The position numbers and the translations under genes are program-made. Shown in pieces: positions 12,001 through 19,757 of a stretch of 64,000 nucleotides of DNA. Position 1 is the first letter of the stretch. Every line of letters starts with the position of its first letter. A model generated the notes under the pieces. It saw nothing but the letters and a program-made list of their open reading frames with translations, did no database searches and was not told where the DNA came from. This DNA comes from a virus: IMG/VR virus record IMGVR_UViG_3300036715_003254, positions 64,001-128,000 of that record; one strand, given 5' to 3'.

Positions 12001-13677
12001 TGAGTTTCCTGTATCAGCAACAAATGCAGTTTTACTGTCTTGAGATACAAAAATATCAAAAGGATTGAAGAATGTTGCTAGAACACCTATACCATCAGTA
12101 GAACCAGCAGTACCTGAACCATAAACTGAGAAAACAGTATTACTTCTAAGGTCTATTACTCTTATTTTGTTGTTATTGACATCAGCAACATAAAGTTGTT
12201 CAAATCCGTCAAAAGCTATTCCTGAAGGATAGTTAAATGTAGCAGCATTTACTGGACCATCATAAGAACCAGCAGAACCTGTACCAGCAACAGTAGTTAC
12301 GCCGAAATTTGCTGATTTTAGATCTATCTTTCTAATTTTGTTAGCAGAAGCATCAGCAACAAAAAGGAATTGATTTGTTTCGTCTAATGCTAGAGAAGTC
12401 AATTGACTGAATGTAGCATTTAGACCTTTTTCAGAGTCTGTAGATCCGAATGTTCCAACAACACCAGCTATAGTAGAAACAACATTATTAGTAAGATCTA
12501 TTCTTCTTACAACATTGTTATTTTGGTCAGCAACATAAGCCATATTTGTTGTTTTATCTATACAGATATCAACAGGACTAGCAAATTGAGCTGAAGCAAT
12601 ATCTCCGTCAAGATAACCAGCAGAAGAAATACCTGCTACAGTAGTAGCTGAGCCATCAGCAACACTTACTTTTCTTATACAGTTATTACCCATATCAGCA
12701 ACATAAATGAAACCTGAATAGTAGAATAGTCCTCTAGGTTGATTGAATTTAACCTTTGAAGCGATTCCATCAACATATCCTGGAGTTCCACCAATACCGC
12801 AAAGAGTAATAGTTTTATTATTTGTTTGGTCTATTTTTCTTATACAGTGATTAGCTGTATCAGCAACATAAACATAAGTACCATCGTATGTTACACCTTT
12901 CGGAGTATTAAACATAGCTATTTTTTGATCACCTATATCAGTGTCACAGAAAATAGATGTTTGTGAAATATTTCCAGAGAATGGTCTTACTTCTCCTGTA
13001 GCAACAATATATTTTACTATTGTTCCGACTTGAGTTATATAAAGATCTGTACCATCAGTAGTAACATATCTTGGAGAGTTAAGTTGAGCATTAGTACCAA
13101 ATCCAGGTTTAAAACCAGCATTTCCAGAACCAGCAAGAGTTAAAACTTCAAGAGTAGTAAGGTCAAGAACTCTTAGTTTATGTTGTGCTTGTTGAACAAA
13201 GTAAAGTTTTCCATTCAAATAAGTTATACTTACACCAGATTGAATAGTAGCTGATATTCCTATACCATCTTGAGAACTAGAAGAACCAGAACCAGCAAGA
13301 GTAATTACCTCTCTACTATTTAAATCAATTTGTCTGATTCTACAACCAGCATTTTCTATAACATACAGTTTGTCTGTACCGTTTGTTGTTATACCATAAG
13401 GGTTGTTGAATGAAGCATTTATTCCGAAACCGTCTATTGAAGCATTAGAACCAGAGCCGAAATATGTTTCAGTCATTCCAGTATCCATATCAACAGTTCT
13501 AATTCTGTGGTTATTAGAATCCGCAATGTACAATTTATTACCAACAATTACTTGAGCTGTTGGAGTATTAAAAAGTGCAGTTGCAAAAGAACCATCTTTA
13601 TTAGTGTTAGCTGAATAAAGATTGTTTACTGTTGATTTTGGAACTGAAGGAAAAATTGGAGCAGTGTTTGCACTCAT
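3040..13677 (-). CDS. Giant (3545 aa) NHL-repeat multi-beta-propeller virion/adhesin protein with internal Kelch-like domain
   Basis: More than 40 repeats of F..P.G.....LYVADT.N..IRKI....V.T.AG.G..G..DG. Kelch/galactose-oxidase blades (LPDGRI...GG) at about 7000-7900. Termini MSANTAPIFP and VTVFGGDY. Confidence 0.85.
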   Translation of the reverse strand: MSANTAPIFPSVPKSTVNNLYSANTNKDGSFATALFNTPTAQVIVGNKLYIADSNNHRIRTVDMDTGMTETYFGSGSNASIDGFGINASFNNPYGITTNGTDKLYVIENAGCRIRQIDLNSREVITLAGSGSSSSQDGIGISATIQSGVSITYLNGKLYFVQQAQHKLRVLDLTTLEVLTLAGSGNAGFKPGFGTNAQLNSPRYVTTDGTDLYITQVGTIVKYIVATGEVRPFSGNISQTSIFCDTDIGDQKIAMFNTPKGVTYDGTYVYVADTANHCIRKIDQTNNKTITLCGIGGTPGYVDGIASKVKFNQPRGLFYYSGFIYVADMGNNCIRKVSVADGSATTVAGISSAGYLDGDIASAQFASPVDICIDKTTNMAYVADQNNNVVRRIDLTNNVVSTIAGVVGTFGSTDSEKGLNATFSQLTSLALDETNQFLFVADASANKIRKIDLKSANFGVTTVAGTGSAGSYDGPVNAATFNYPSGIAFDGFEQLYVADVNNNKIRVIDLRSNTVFSVYGSGTAGSTDGIGVLATFFNPFDIFVSQDSKTAFVADTGNSKIRAINTLTKEVNLLAGAGIVSYGDGISIPYSASFGLVSATAYDGRYYYIADANTYKIKRYDPITNTIMLIAGNGNSNLTDGFGMAASFGVISHMEYDATSNCLYFSDTTNHAIRRLELNNNFFISTMAGDGNASYSDGAGYFMASEVNEPRGVCSDGTTVYFTDTKNNKIRKYDIATGVVSTIAGTGQFGSLNGAGTSATFNLPKGICLDQTNTKLFVADTGNNMIRQIDLSNNTVTTIAGSGDNSSLDGNGLSATFNYPQGITQLNGVLYVADTNSNKIRSLTYNSTLSQWVVATVAGTGLNAVSQLNQDNAGINRPQYNVDGNTGSAVSFFQPTGITCDDQYLYVADTGNQRIRKVNPLNGATTTLAGSPSGAIGGTDGTGLNASFYSPTDITCDKSGNILYVTDTGNNKIRKIMTQTGAVYTIAGSGSAGSTDNSTGTNGTLNGPLGLCVSPTADYIYVADTKSNKIRRVSTSGYALSTIVGTGNTGSMDGVGQYSQAILASPNFCYLDEANNAVYFTDGNKVRKLDNKTGIITSVAGSGASGFADGPAVGIQASFNSPYNVVVDSASKYMYVADTANNKIRRVELATGNTITFAGTGSSGFVNGEGLNASFNTPVALCFSKDFNTLYVTDSGNNAIRKIDVATARVETLAGGASGFVDGNSTSAKFNSPKQICLGQGPLSDSLLVADTGNNAIRRIVIATGQVSTYSGLTSGSSGNFQGYSSGTPASFNSHKGIAQYGSILYVADSSNHKIRKIDMSTGAVSTISGTGTSGFTDGTNGAGSAFNGPQGVAVTNDGNYLYVADTGNHAIRKVTIATGATTTVVGAAAPNATAGYADGSQGSSRLNGPTDVILTPDNSTMYICEAAGNRIRSAAINNSYSTSTIAGASGANVGTAGGADGAGSNATCNNPSGGCLGASGVFYFVDSGGYTVRKITGLPNNPNVTTIAGSYNSSGYADGAPTATARFKAVYDIAVDANEANLYVADGGNYLIRRIPLDASGNAGNVVTIAGNTSSQSSAGNQDGQGPGGGSYNALIGSVYSLFVDSTGQYLFMADTTNHVIRRMDLTSGDVETYAGINGTYGSADGIRKLAAFNSPIGVACASDGTVYVGDAYNHRVRKINPSTGFVSHVTGSIFAQPGSLDGKYGQQAVFSSYNATGQLPLNGNNICKIGGDVFVADNKNGLRRIASDGTVSTISTKPMFSVCTDGTNVFTLSANCILKYSGTGWTTESTLSGSYNTSTQTTNTCSSTASSNNYYTAGTKNSMVYSAGKIYVQTHDTFRVVDTSTGSAVQLSYNNTQNDCYGYYSPTASIPTFQSALRGLSFISKNVTAIADVRSVKLWNQATGDISILAGSALSGLQDGAQINLVTPTDNYDTFSNYPAKTTKLPDGRIVSIGGSTDGTNGIKTVKIGTVSGNSTTWVASTDFPEAGVIEHSVATLPDGKIIVLGGYTDSSNKTACGSYIGTVSSDNKITWTSISACPNGTADGLLVVSGSNVVYLSSKSSVIGKYTGSDVSWGSLFSALPNSGGGVTGKSAITLPDGRIFVTGGMYSGNCQSEAYIGVLGSDTINWTSVTNLPYTMAYHKSLVLSNGYVVLVGGQTGNGKASALVFFAIISNNTVSYIQGNNLDTAGIVDSLILLSSSDNRVILLGMGSSTSSYTATSEVGYLSIPPTFTSITGITTDGTNFYVCDSSTVRKITQNGIVTTIAGSVMTGFENGTGANATFSTTLNDIVYSSGANCLYVADAGNNVIRRIDLATGIVSIACGNGQTSMGTGEGINASVGTVMAMAYDATNQDLWFTAYSSGDSNAAVRKYNEATQQVITIAGSGNGSVINGNLLSSRFSSTMNGIIVDSKNKKVYVSDTGNNVVRVIDLGFLPYPQVFSYTGSGVSSQTGHVDYVTATGIGKLCSIDKDKFLAITASSLGLVKYDISKNFVSTIISSFADSYSTSPAKMTSSKTALGSFGLSSGYFSVGLDGNIYAYNRANYTITKYDTTTGEFSQFLGTHGASGSASNCPAYKTTFSETGTYNDSISNIVWEDANTVWFFGQPYVRRISFATDDCQTINSSNSYGSTDGQYGSFTIAHIPGAIYDSNDKLIYFTNSNISTAVTTVRSFDVNSYYVETYAGGTKYSGSGASNDGVRLRPLITYPSYLSLSEDGSKLYIGNWNSGDARMRRLDISTNLVDTVLGDGTSGSNDTYGNFTRVGNGVLTPFYKSGKVYFADYANYKVRVYDETTKLTSVVAGSGYSGYTEGKAAVGMFNYPMGIVVDTNGDIYVADSSNNRIRKISNGQITTFAGKGVAGFADGKPSEAMFNNPNGLAWSSDKSTIYVADTNNNRVRYIDKATGKVGTLFGNGSASTVDGIGDSAAINGPMHMVEFEGNLYVTEYSGHRIRKYGLSDKRVSVFAGDGTKGYIDGTGQANTRFNNPWGICVSNNRELYVAEYSNHVIRRIDIDTCTVLLIAGTPPNNSTSDTTYPGNVDGYNTSTKFNYPRGIVCTADGTSLYVADQSNYKIRRVYPQLNVMVQTWAGTGNSGYADGVNLIARMNNPRQFVLDGNGNMFIADSGNNVIRKMKLSTGFLTTIAGDTSGSSSDGTGWGIASDGPKSKFNYPAGIAFDGNFLYVADYSGYRIRKVNPYNGYTTTIAGSGQGFLDGNGTSASFYNPAKLSLDASKENLYIVDVGYSKIRVMDIQSGLVSTLVNTSGKSNSYGIGNIAQVPLNLTIHSQITWISPTQFLIGNSAYVSKVDISSKTLTMELGVGSYPGNCMGKKATYQSTPIGMTKVGSTWYVSDVTKIKTVDDATGISAYFAGNPFGQSGFVDGSGGLSAALFGSIADIKYSASRNALFILDSQYHKVRKIDLTTGKVSTLAGSNFGIAGYSDDTMKLVYAAGPYGSRLDTFKVRPTSTTGSTVVRFFLNNGGDVKIKENNSMIAEISVPSISTTETGAQSEFFYYPNLSLDSGMRVYATLGTATSYGPNSPIAVTVFGGDY

Positions 13678-13703
13678 ATATATTTTTCTCCTATAAAGTT
13701 AAG

Positions 13704-14114
13704 TTAAAAACCACCATAATTGGTAGCAAGAAGTTTGTTTACCGTCATTGAACTGTTTACAACATTTTGATACTCTTCTCCAAGACCTATTTTCTCCCAT
13801 TCGTTTTTATTCAATACATTTAGTGTAGTATTAGTAGAATTGATTTTTTTATAAATCGCTCCATCAAAGACTACTAGAGTATTTACTCTATAAAATGTAT
13901 TTGGTTTAAAAAATGGGATAGAAGTTTGAATAAAAGAAGTACCAGCATCAATTGCGTCGCCTAAAGTAGTGTCACCATTTAGACCAGCGTTTGAAATTTT
14001 TTGATAAGTACAGCCTGACGATACAACAAATATCAACTTACCATTAGGAATTTTATTAATTCCTGTTTCAGTATGATCTTTGAGATACCAAATTGGTTCT
14101 ACATTGTATGTCAT
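13704..14114 (-). CDS. Short fibre/adaptor protein with shared N-terminal anchor domain
   Basis: N-terminus YN..P.W...D...TGI.K.P is shared with 14662 and 18333 ORFs; ends NYGGF. Confidence 0.7.
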   Translation of the reverse strand: MTYNVEPIWYLKDHTETGINKIPNGKLIFVVSSGCTYQKISNAGLNGDTTLGDAIDAGTSFIQTSIPFFKPNTFYRVNTLVVFDGAIYKKINSTNTTLNVLNKNEWEKIGLGEEYQNVVNSSMTVNKLLATNYGGF

Positions 14115-14191
14115 TTATTTACCTACCCTAGAGTTTTTTGCGTTACTTGGTATGTCACATTCCGTAAGGAGTTTAACGCAATATATTTATT
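14115..14191 (-). promoter_or_regulatory. Late promoter plus structured 5' leader (copy A)
   Basis: AATAAATA at 14184-14191; 21-nt core identical to 19792-19812. Confidence 0.6.
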
Positions 14192-14268
14192 TTGTAGGTT
14201 TGATTACACTAAAATTTTTAATAAATAAAAGACACAAACTTTGTTTGTTCGTGTCAATCTTTTAATTT

Positions 14269-14562
14269 TTATACGCCCCAAATACCATAAGCTCTAAATA
14301 CAACTCCGGCAGCAGAAGCACTTACTATAACACTCTCTCCAGAAACTACTATAAGATCTGTTCTTTCTAAAGTATCGTTTGCCGATATTGTTGTTCCTGA
14401 TTCTATTTTATCTCCGCCTATAGTTATATTAATAGTAACAGAATCAGAAGTCGTATTACAAACATTTATAGCCATAGTAGCAGTTTTACCTACAGGCACT
14501 TTACACAAAACTGTATCTGTATTCGCCGCAGGTATTACACTTCCAAATTTTATTCCAGCCAT
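14269..14562 (-). CDS. Small beta-rich virion structural protein
   Basis: 97 aa; PAANTDT....VP.GKTAT..INVCN...LERT....GE pattern typical of small phage structural proteins; GGAGG RBS, TATAAATA upstream. Confidence 0.65.
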   Translation of the reverse strand: MAGIKFGSVIPAANTDTVLCKVPVGKTATMAINVCNTTSDSVTINITIGGDKIESGTTISANDTLERTDLIVVSGESVIVSASAAGVVFRAYGIWGV

Positions 14563-14596
14563 TTTTATTTCCTCCTTTAGTTTTAATATTATTTAT

Positions 14597-14653
14597 AAAA
14601 TATGACCTTCAAACCTACTACTGTAAAAGTAGTAGGCTTTGAGCTTATATTTT
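14597..14653 (-). terminator. Long hairpin, probable terminator
   Basis: CCTACTACT/AGTAGTAGG core with extended AAAATAT/ATATTTT arms. Confidence 0.55.
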
Positions 14654-14661
14654 AAACTCTA

Positions 14662-15774
14662 TTAAAATATACTTTCTATTGCTATTTCATCACCTTTAGA
14701 TAGAGCATCATTGAATGTTAAAGTAGTTCCATCTACAGACCAGTTTGAAGAAGCAAATCTAATACCGTTTTTATACACTACAAAATAAGAACCTTTTGGT
14801 CCATTTAGAGTGACTTTAGTTTGTCCATCGTCGGCTACTAATTCTTGAATATACGTAGGTATTGTACCGCCTGCAGTTATTAGACCTTTGCTGTTGACTG
14901 TAACTGAAGTATAAGTACCGGCTGTAACCACATTAGGTAGTGTAGCTGTAGCGCTAATATCACTTGAACCGTCAAAGGCCGGTGTAGTAAAGGAAATATC
15001 GCCAGTAACAGTTAAAACTCTACCAGTAGCCAATTTAGTCGCAGGAGTACTAGAAATAGCGCTAGTAACAAATTTTGTGGTGGCAATTTGATCTGTATTT
15101 GTTCCCGAATCGGCAGTTGGTGCAGTTGGTGTTCCTGTTAGAGCAGGAGACGCCAATGGAGCTTTAGTACCAACAACAGCAGTTAAAGCAGCGGCAGCTG
15201 ACTCATCATTTGCTAGTTGGTCGGCTATTTCTTTTAGTGTATCTAGTGTTGCCGGTGCGGAATTTACTAGATTAGCAATTGCTGTATCTGTATAAGACTT
15301 AGATGATGCTAATGTAGAAGTATCTTTACCATCTACTTCAGTTTTAGTATAAGCATCAGTAATACCGTAACCAGCAATAGTTGTAGGTTTATTTAGTATT
15401 TGAGCCGCACCACTAGATGCAGTCCAATCAGAGCTTACTTGCGGTCTAGCATTATAGAAAGGTTGAGAACTTATCCAAGTTTTTGTGTCAGCGATAGCAC
15501 CAGTAACGAAAGCTGTAGTAGCGATTTGGTCTGTATTTGTTCCAGCTGGAGCAGTTGGAGCGGTAGGAGTGTCGCCGCCAGCAATACATTTAAAAACGCT
15601 TGAGTTATTTATAACATCAGATATTTTAGTATCAGCTGTTATATTATCGTTACTTATTTTTGTAAAGAATTGTTTAGTACTCTGAATGTATATTAGTTTA
15701 AGCAGAGGTACTTTGTTTATACCTGTTTGATTTACATCATTAAAATACCAAACTGGCGATAAATTGTAAGACAT
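14662..15774 (-). CDS. Tail fibre protein
   Basis: APLASPALTGTPTAPTA..GTNTDQIATT.FV repeat (twice), LVNSAPATLDTLKEIAD, AGTYTSVTVNSKGLITAG. Confidence 0.8.
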   Translation of the reverse strand: MSYNLSPVWYFNDVNQTGINKVPLLKLIYIQSTKQFFTKISNDNITADTKISDVINNSSVFKCIAGGDTPTAPTAPAGTNTDQIATTAFVTGAIADTKTWISSQPFYNARPQVSSDWTASSGAAQILNKPTTIAGYGITDAYTKTEVDGKDTSTLASSKSYTDTAIANLVNSAPATLDTLKEIADQLANDESAAAALTAVVGTKAPLASPALTGTPTAPTADSGTNTDQIATTKFVTSAISSTPATKLATGRVLTVTGDISFTTPAFDGSSDISATATLPNVVTAGTYTSVTVNSKGLITAGGTIPTYIQELVADDGQTKVTLNGPKGSYFVVYKNGIRFASSNWSVDGTTLTFNDALSKGDEIAIESIF

Positions 15775-15963
15775 TGTTATTCTCCTTTTTAAATATAACT
15801 TAAAACCTATTAAATATTAGGATTCTAGTTTATATATTTATTGTTCTGATGTCTTCAGTTAACGAGAGTTTTATTAAAGTAAGACAAAGTGTTTTGATTT
15901 TATTGTCTATAATTAGAAGAAAGAATATATAAACCAGTCAACTCCGTTTTATGGAGTGATAGT

Positions 15964-16236
15964 TTACTTATCTTCAACAAGCAATACTGTATCTTTACTG
16001 TATGGAACAATAGGTTTGAAATAAGGTTTTAAGTAAAAGTTTACTACTTTTCCTTTGTGTTCACCATAACAAAGCTTTGCTGTACCTATATACGCACCAT
16101 CTTTTATTTCACAAGACTGTACTACAGCATAATGTGTTCCTACTCTATCGTTTTTCCAGTCAACCCAATTTTGGTAATTAGTTGAGCAACCTGTTAATCC
16201 TAAAAGTACAAAAAAACCGATTATTAACTTTTTCAT
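15964..16236 (-). CDS. Lipoprotein
   Basis: Signal peptide with lipobox LTGC. Confidence 0.7.
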   Translation of the reverse strand: MKKLIIGFFVLLGLTGCSTNYQNWVDWKNDRVGTHYAVVQSCEIKDGAYIGTAKLCYGEHKGKVVNFYLKPYFKPIVPYSKDTVLLVEDK

Positions 16237-16252
16237 TGTTTAATCCTTTTTA

Positions 16253-16600
16253 TTAAAATTTCCAACTAAACTGCGCAGTAATAGCGCTTCCTAATACAGA
16301 ACCAACTGTGTCAGCATAAACATCGTGAATATCTTCTGTTCCGTGACCTGCTGCATCCCATTTCTCTTTAGCAATTCCCACCAAAAGCCCAGAAGCGACA
16401 CCGATAGCAAAAGCTTCAAACTTATTAGCTCCATAGTATCGAGCTAATGCAGTAGCAGTTCCGCTAATAGCAGCAGTGGCAGCGATATGTTTTTGCTTAT
16501 CTTTTTGCTGAAAAAATGGTTCATCAGCGAAAAGCGAAGAAGAAAAAAATATTATCATTATTATTGTTTTTGATAAATTTCTCAACACAGTTTTAATCAT
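16253..16600 (-). CDS. YfiM-like membrane/secreted protein
   Basis: Signal peptide; DK.KH...., G.AKE.WD and D.YAD..G motifs. Confidence 0.6.
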   Translation of the reverse strand: MIKTVLRNLSKTIIMIIFFSSSLFADEPFFQQKDKQKHIAATAAISGTATALARYYGANKFEAFAIGVASGLLVGIAKEKWDAAGHGTEDIHDVYADTVGSVLGSAITAQFSWKF

Positions 16601-16794
16601 AGCTAAATTCTCCTATTTTTGAAATATGAAGCGCTTTTTAGTATTTTAATCGCATTTTTATAAACTTTTTTCGAATTCTATTTTTCATATAACTATAAGA
16701 ATTAGTTCAACTAAACTTCTATATAAAATTTTTAATATAGTTTAAAATATTTATATCTATTCATTTGATATTATTTAGCGATATTTTCTCTTTT

Positions 16795-16904
16795 ATTATA
16801 ATTAGTCAATAGTCAAAACAGAAAATTATCAAATAATTATTGATAATTTAATGTGCTTATATCACCGTCCTAAAGGACGGTGTTTTACGCACAAAATGGA
16901 TAAA
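16795..16904 (-). mobile_element. Orphan IS200/IS605 left end preceded by TTTAT
   Basis: TTTAT|CCATTTTGTGCGTAAAACACCGTCCTTTAGGACGGTGATATAAGCAC hairpin; downstream sequence is homologous to 37755-37830. Confidence 0.7.
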
Positions 16905-16961
16905 TAATCTCACACTCTGCTTTCTTTTTCTATAAGTCCAAGATCACTATGTCCGTAGGTA

Positions 16962-17273
16962 TTAGACGTTCGTACCACCAAACTTTTTTTGTAGTGACTT
17001 ATAGACACTTACATAGCCTCTTTCATCTGCTGAGTAAGGAACTTGATAATTGAACTCTTCTATCTTATTGAATACCTGTCTAGTAGTGGCTTCCTGAGCT
17101 GGTATGTTAAGCTCAGCATTTGCCGGCACTGCAGGTACAGCTTCTGTAGTAATGTTATAAACACCAACTAAACTATTCCACCCTTCTCGTTTGCTTCCAA
17201 ACAGTCTATCGATTCTGATATAAGCATCTTTTACTTCTATGCCATTGAAGTTGTAATTTGTTTGTATTGCCAT
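16962..17273 (-). CDS. Tail-fibre-associated small protein
   Basis: MAIQ....GIEVKDAYIRI pattern; located directly after a fibre gene. Confidence 0.6.
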   Translation of the reverse strand: MAIQTNYNFNGIEVKDAYIRIDRLFGSKREGWNSLVGVYNITTEAVPAVPANAELNIPAQEATTRQVFNKIEEFNYQVPYSADERGYVSVYKSLQKKFGGTNV

Positions 17274-17286
17274 TTTATTTTCCTTT

Positions 17287-17940
17287 TTATAGTATTTTTT
17301 GTACTGTACAAGTGCAACTTACTTTATCACTTGATGATGATTGAACTGATAATCTTTTTTGATTCCCGAAGTAAAATGTGTAACTAGGTTCATTATTCTC
17401 CGTCTTATATGTAGACTTATTTACACCAACTATTTGAATATCCTCTGAAGAAGAGGCATCAAAATGAACCGCAAAAACAAATGAAAAAACTTGCTCATAA
17501 GCAACATTATAAATGTCAAACCCGCGAACATTGGCGATATACGTTCCTCCTGATAAAGCTGGGGAAATAAATTGTTTTGAACTACAATCAGCATCGGATA
17601 ATGTAGAAATTATTGGAGTAAATAAATTGCTAGCGCTTATACTTCCATTAACCTGTAACTTATCAACACCATTATCTGTTGTTGTTCCTACTAATAAATT
17701 AACACCAGTGTCATATACAACACTATTTGAATTAATAGTTACTATGTGTTTTCCATTACAAGCAATACCGATATTGCCTTCTGCAATATGGTAGAAACCT
17801 GTATCATTTGAACTATCATTTTGAAATACTAGTCCTGGGGCGATATTCGTACCTTCCGGAATAAAAACCTGACCAGTAAATACTGGCGAGTTGATGTTTG
17901 CTTTTACATCATTAAGCTTATCTAGTGAATACTTAATCAT
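17287..17940 (-). CDS. Short tail fibre/spike protein
   Basis: KANINSPVFTG, APGL.F...DTGFY, LLVGTTTDNGVDKLQVNGSI. Confidence 0.7.
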   Translation of the reverse strand: MIKYSLDKLNDVKANINSPVFTGQVFIPEGTNIAPGLVFQNDSSNDTGFYHIAEGNIGIACNGKHIVTINSNSVVYDTGVNLLVGTTTDNGVDKLQVNGSISASNLFTPIISTLSDADCSSKQFISPALSGGTYIANVRGFDIYNVAYEQVFSFVFAVHFDASSSEDIQIVGVNKSTYKTENNEPSYTFYFGNQKRLSVQSSSSDKVSCTCTVQKIL

Positions 17941-18299
17941 AGTGCGAATTCTCCTATTTTTTGGGGTCTAAAGTATTGTTTGGTATTCCCATCCATATCT
18001 TTATAGCTTATTGGCACATCATATGGGTACACAGATTTATATATAGCAAGAGCTTTATCGTTAGCAAACAGCTCTTCATATGTTCCAAGCACCTGTATTG
18101 ACTTCATAGTCTTTACAAAAGCTAATTCCTCATCTGTAAGAATTGATAGAGCCAAGCTCCCATTTTCGTTTTTAATGACTGGTGTGGTTTGGACATTCCA
18201 CCCAGTTACATTCCCTTCTCCATCTTTAACTTTATAGCTATCTGGAAGTTCATCCATAAAAGCTTTAGTATCTTTACAATACGTTATTACGTAATTCAT
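17937..18299 (-). CDS. Putative fibre assembly/chaperone protein
   Basis: 120 aa, directly downstream of a LamG-type fibre gene. Confidence 0.5.
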   Translation of the reverse strand: MNYVITYCKDTKAFMDELPDSYKVKDGEGNVTGWNVQTTPVIKNENGSLALSILTDEELAFVKTMKSIQVLGTYEELFANDKALAIYKSVYPYDVPISYKDMDGNTKQYFRPQKIGEFAL

Positions 18300-18332
18300 T
18301 TGTTTCTCCTAAGGGTTTTATTGTTTATCAAA

Positions 18333-19757
18333 CTATGCAAGCGATACTTCGTATGCAGTTAATGCTCTATCATAAATTCGCAAATTTGTAATATGACCAT
18401 ACCAAAGTCTTCCTATCATAATACTAGAAGCAGTATCGCCTAAGTCGTTATATTGTTGTAATCTAGATTCTTTAGCCAATAATACTCCATTTTTGTAAAT
18501 ACTAGTTTGATTGTTTTTACTATCAGAAATTGCACAAATCCTTTTAGTAACAGTATCAAATGGAATATATGTATAAGCCAGCATATTAGTATTTTTACCA
18601 CCGTGACAATGAAAATCAGTACCATCTCCGTAGCCAAATATCAACGCGCCGTCGCCATTACTATTAATTGCGATTATAGAGCTCCAATCGCCGTCTTTTT
18701 TTCCTTTTATATCAAAGTCAGCAATAACGGTTCTCGAATCATATACGGACGGAAAGTTACCTTCTAGAGTGGCACTCAACATATCAGCTGCTCTAGTAAC
18801 AGTGCTAGAAGTTGTAGAAATATAGGATGTAGTAAATGGCAACGCTTCTAATTGTGCTCCATAGATGTTTACACCATTTCCTGTTTTATCTGTCGAAGAG
18901 TAGCTGTATATAACATTAACATATTTACGGTCAGAGGTAGTGACAGTGAAAGTCATACTAAGTCTTACCCACCCATTAGCTAATATTTGTACATTTTTAT
19001 CTTGTAGGTTATTGTTTTGATCTGTTAAAACTCCTGTGTCGAAGTTATAACTCAAATCACGTGAAGTACCGTCTGAGAAGAAAAATGACGGATACATTAT
19101 TCTTATTATAGAGTCTTCTGCTTTTTGAGCAAATATAGAAGCAGTATATGTTGTCCCAGCAGTTAACGAAAAATATGAAATATATATATTTTCCTCTGAC
19201 CCAGTTGTAGTTTTATAAAAATGATAAGCAGAGTTTGCTACACCGTCAGGACCAGTAACATTTTGAGTAATAGCAGAATTTTGAGTACTCCATTGTTCGA
19301 ATTGGTTTGAATAAGAAAATAGATTCGTACTATTACCTTCGTTCAAATAACCTTCTTTTTCAAATCTAGGTACATCTATACCAGCTGTTTTTAGAACACC
19401 ATATCTATCTATATAAGTAGCAGTTGAAGCTCTTGAGAATGTAACACTACCTGTACCAGACCTCATAGCCAAAGAGTTTTTTAGTGGAAGATCTAGCAAA
19501 GGATTATGGATATTACCAATAGCCATTTGAAGATCAGAATTGTTAGCTTTTAGGTCAACTTCTGCTGCATTCTTAAAATTACTCGGATTTCTTAAAAGGT
19601 CAGTTACAGTAGAAGTACTTGTTAAACCGTCATTACTTAACTTTTTAAACATTTTTCCAGTACTTTGGATATGTATTAACCTGTTTAGAGGCACTTTGTC
19701 AATGCCAGTTTGATTTACATCAGAAAATTCCCAAATGGGAGATTTGTTATATGCCAT
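18333..19757 (-). CDS. Fibre/spike protein with LamG/concanavalin-like domain (start revised to 19757)
   Basis: AAGGA RBS before MAYNKSPIW; TFSRASTATYID...PRFE..G.L.EG.STNL; GHI.NLRIYDRALT. Confidence 0.8.
   Translation of the reverse strand: MAYNKSPIWEFSDVNQTGIDKVPLNRLIHIQSTGKMFKKLSNDGLTSTSTVTDLLRNPSNFKNAAEVDLKANNSDLQMAIGNIHNPLLDLPLKNSLAMRSGTGSVTFSRASTATYIDRYGVLKTAGIDVPRFEKEGYLNEGNSTNLFSYSNQFEQWSTQNSAITQNVTGPDGVANSAYHFYKTTTGSEENIYISYFSLTAGTTYTASIFAQKAEDSIIRIMYPSFFFSDGTSRDLSYNFDTGVLTDQNNNLQDKNVQILANGWVRLSMTFTVTTSDRKYVNVIYSYSSTDKTGNGVNIYGAQLEALPFTTSYISTTSSTVTRAADMLSATLEGNFPSVYDSRTVIADFDIKGKKDGDWSSIIAINSNGDGALIFGYGDGTDFHCHGGKNTNMLAYTYIPFDTVTKRICAISDSKNNQTSIYKNGVLLAKESRLQQYNDLGDTASSIMIGRLWYGHITNLRIYDRALTAYEVSLA

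Noticed and set aside
3040-19757. Diversity-generating retroelement or invertase switching of fibres
   Set aside because: No reverse transcriptase, TR/VR pair or invertase seen in the window.
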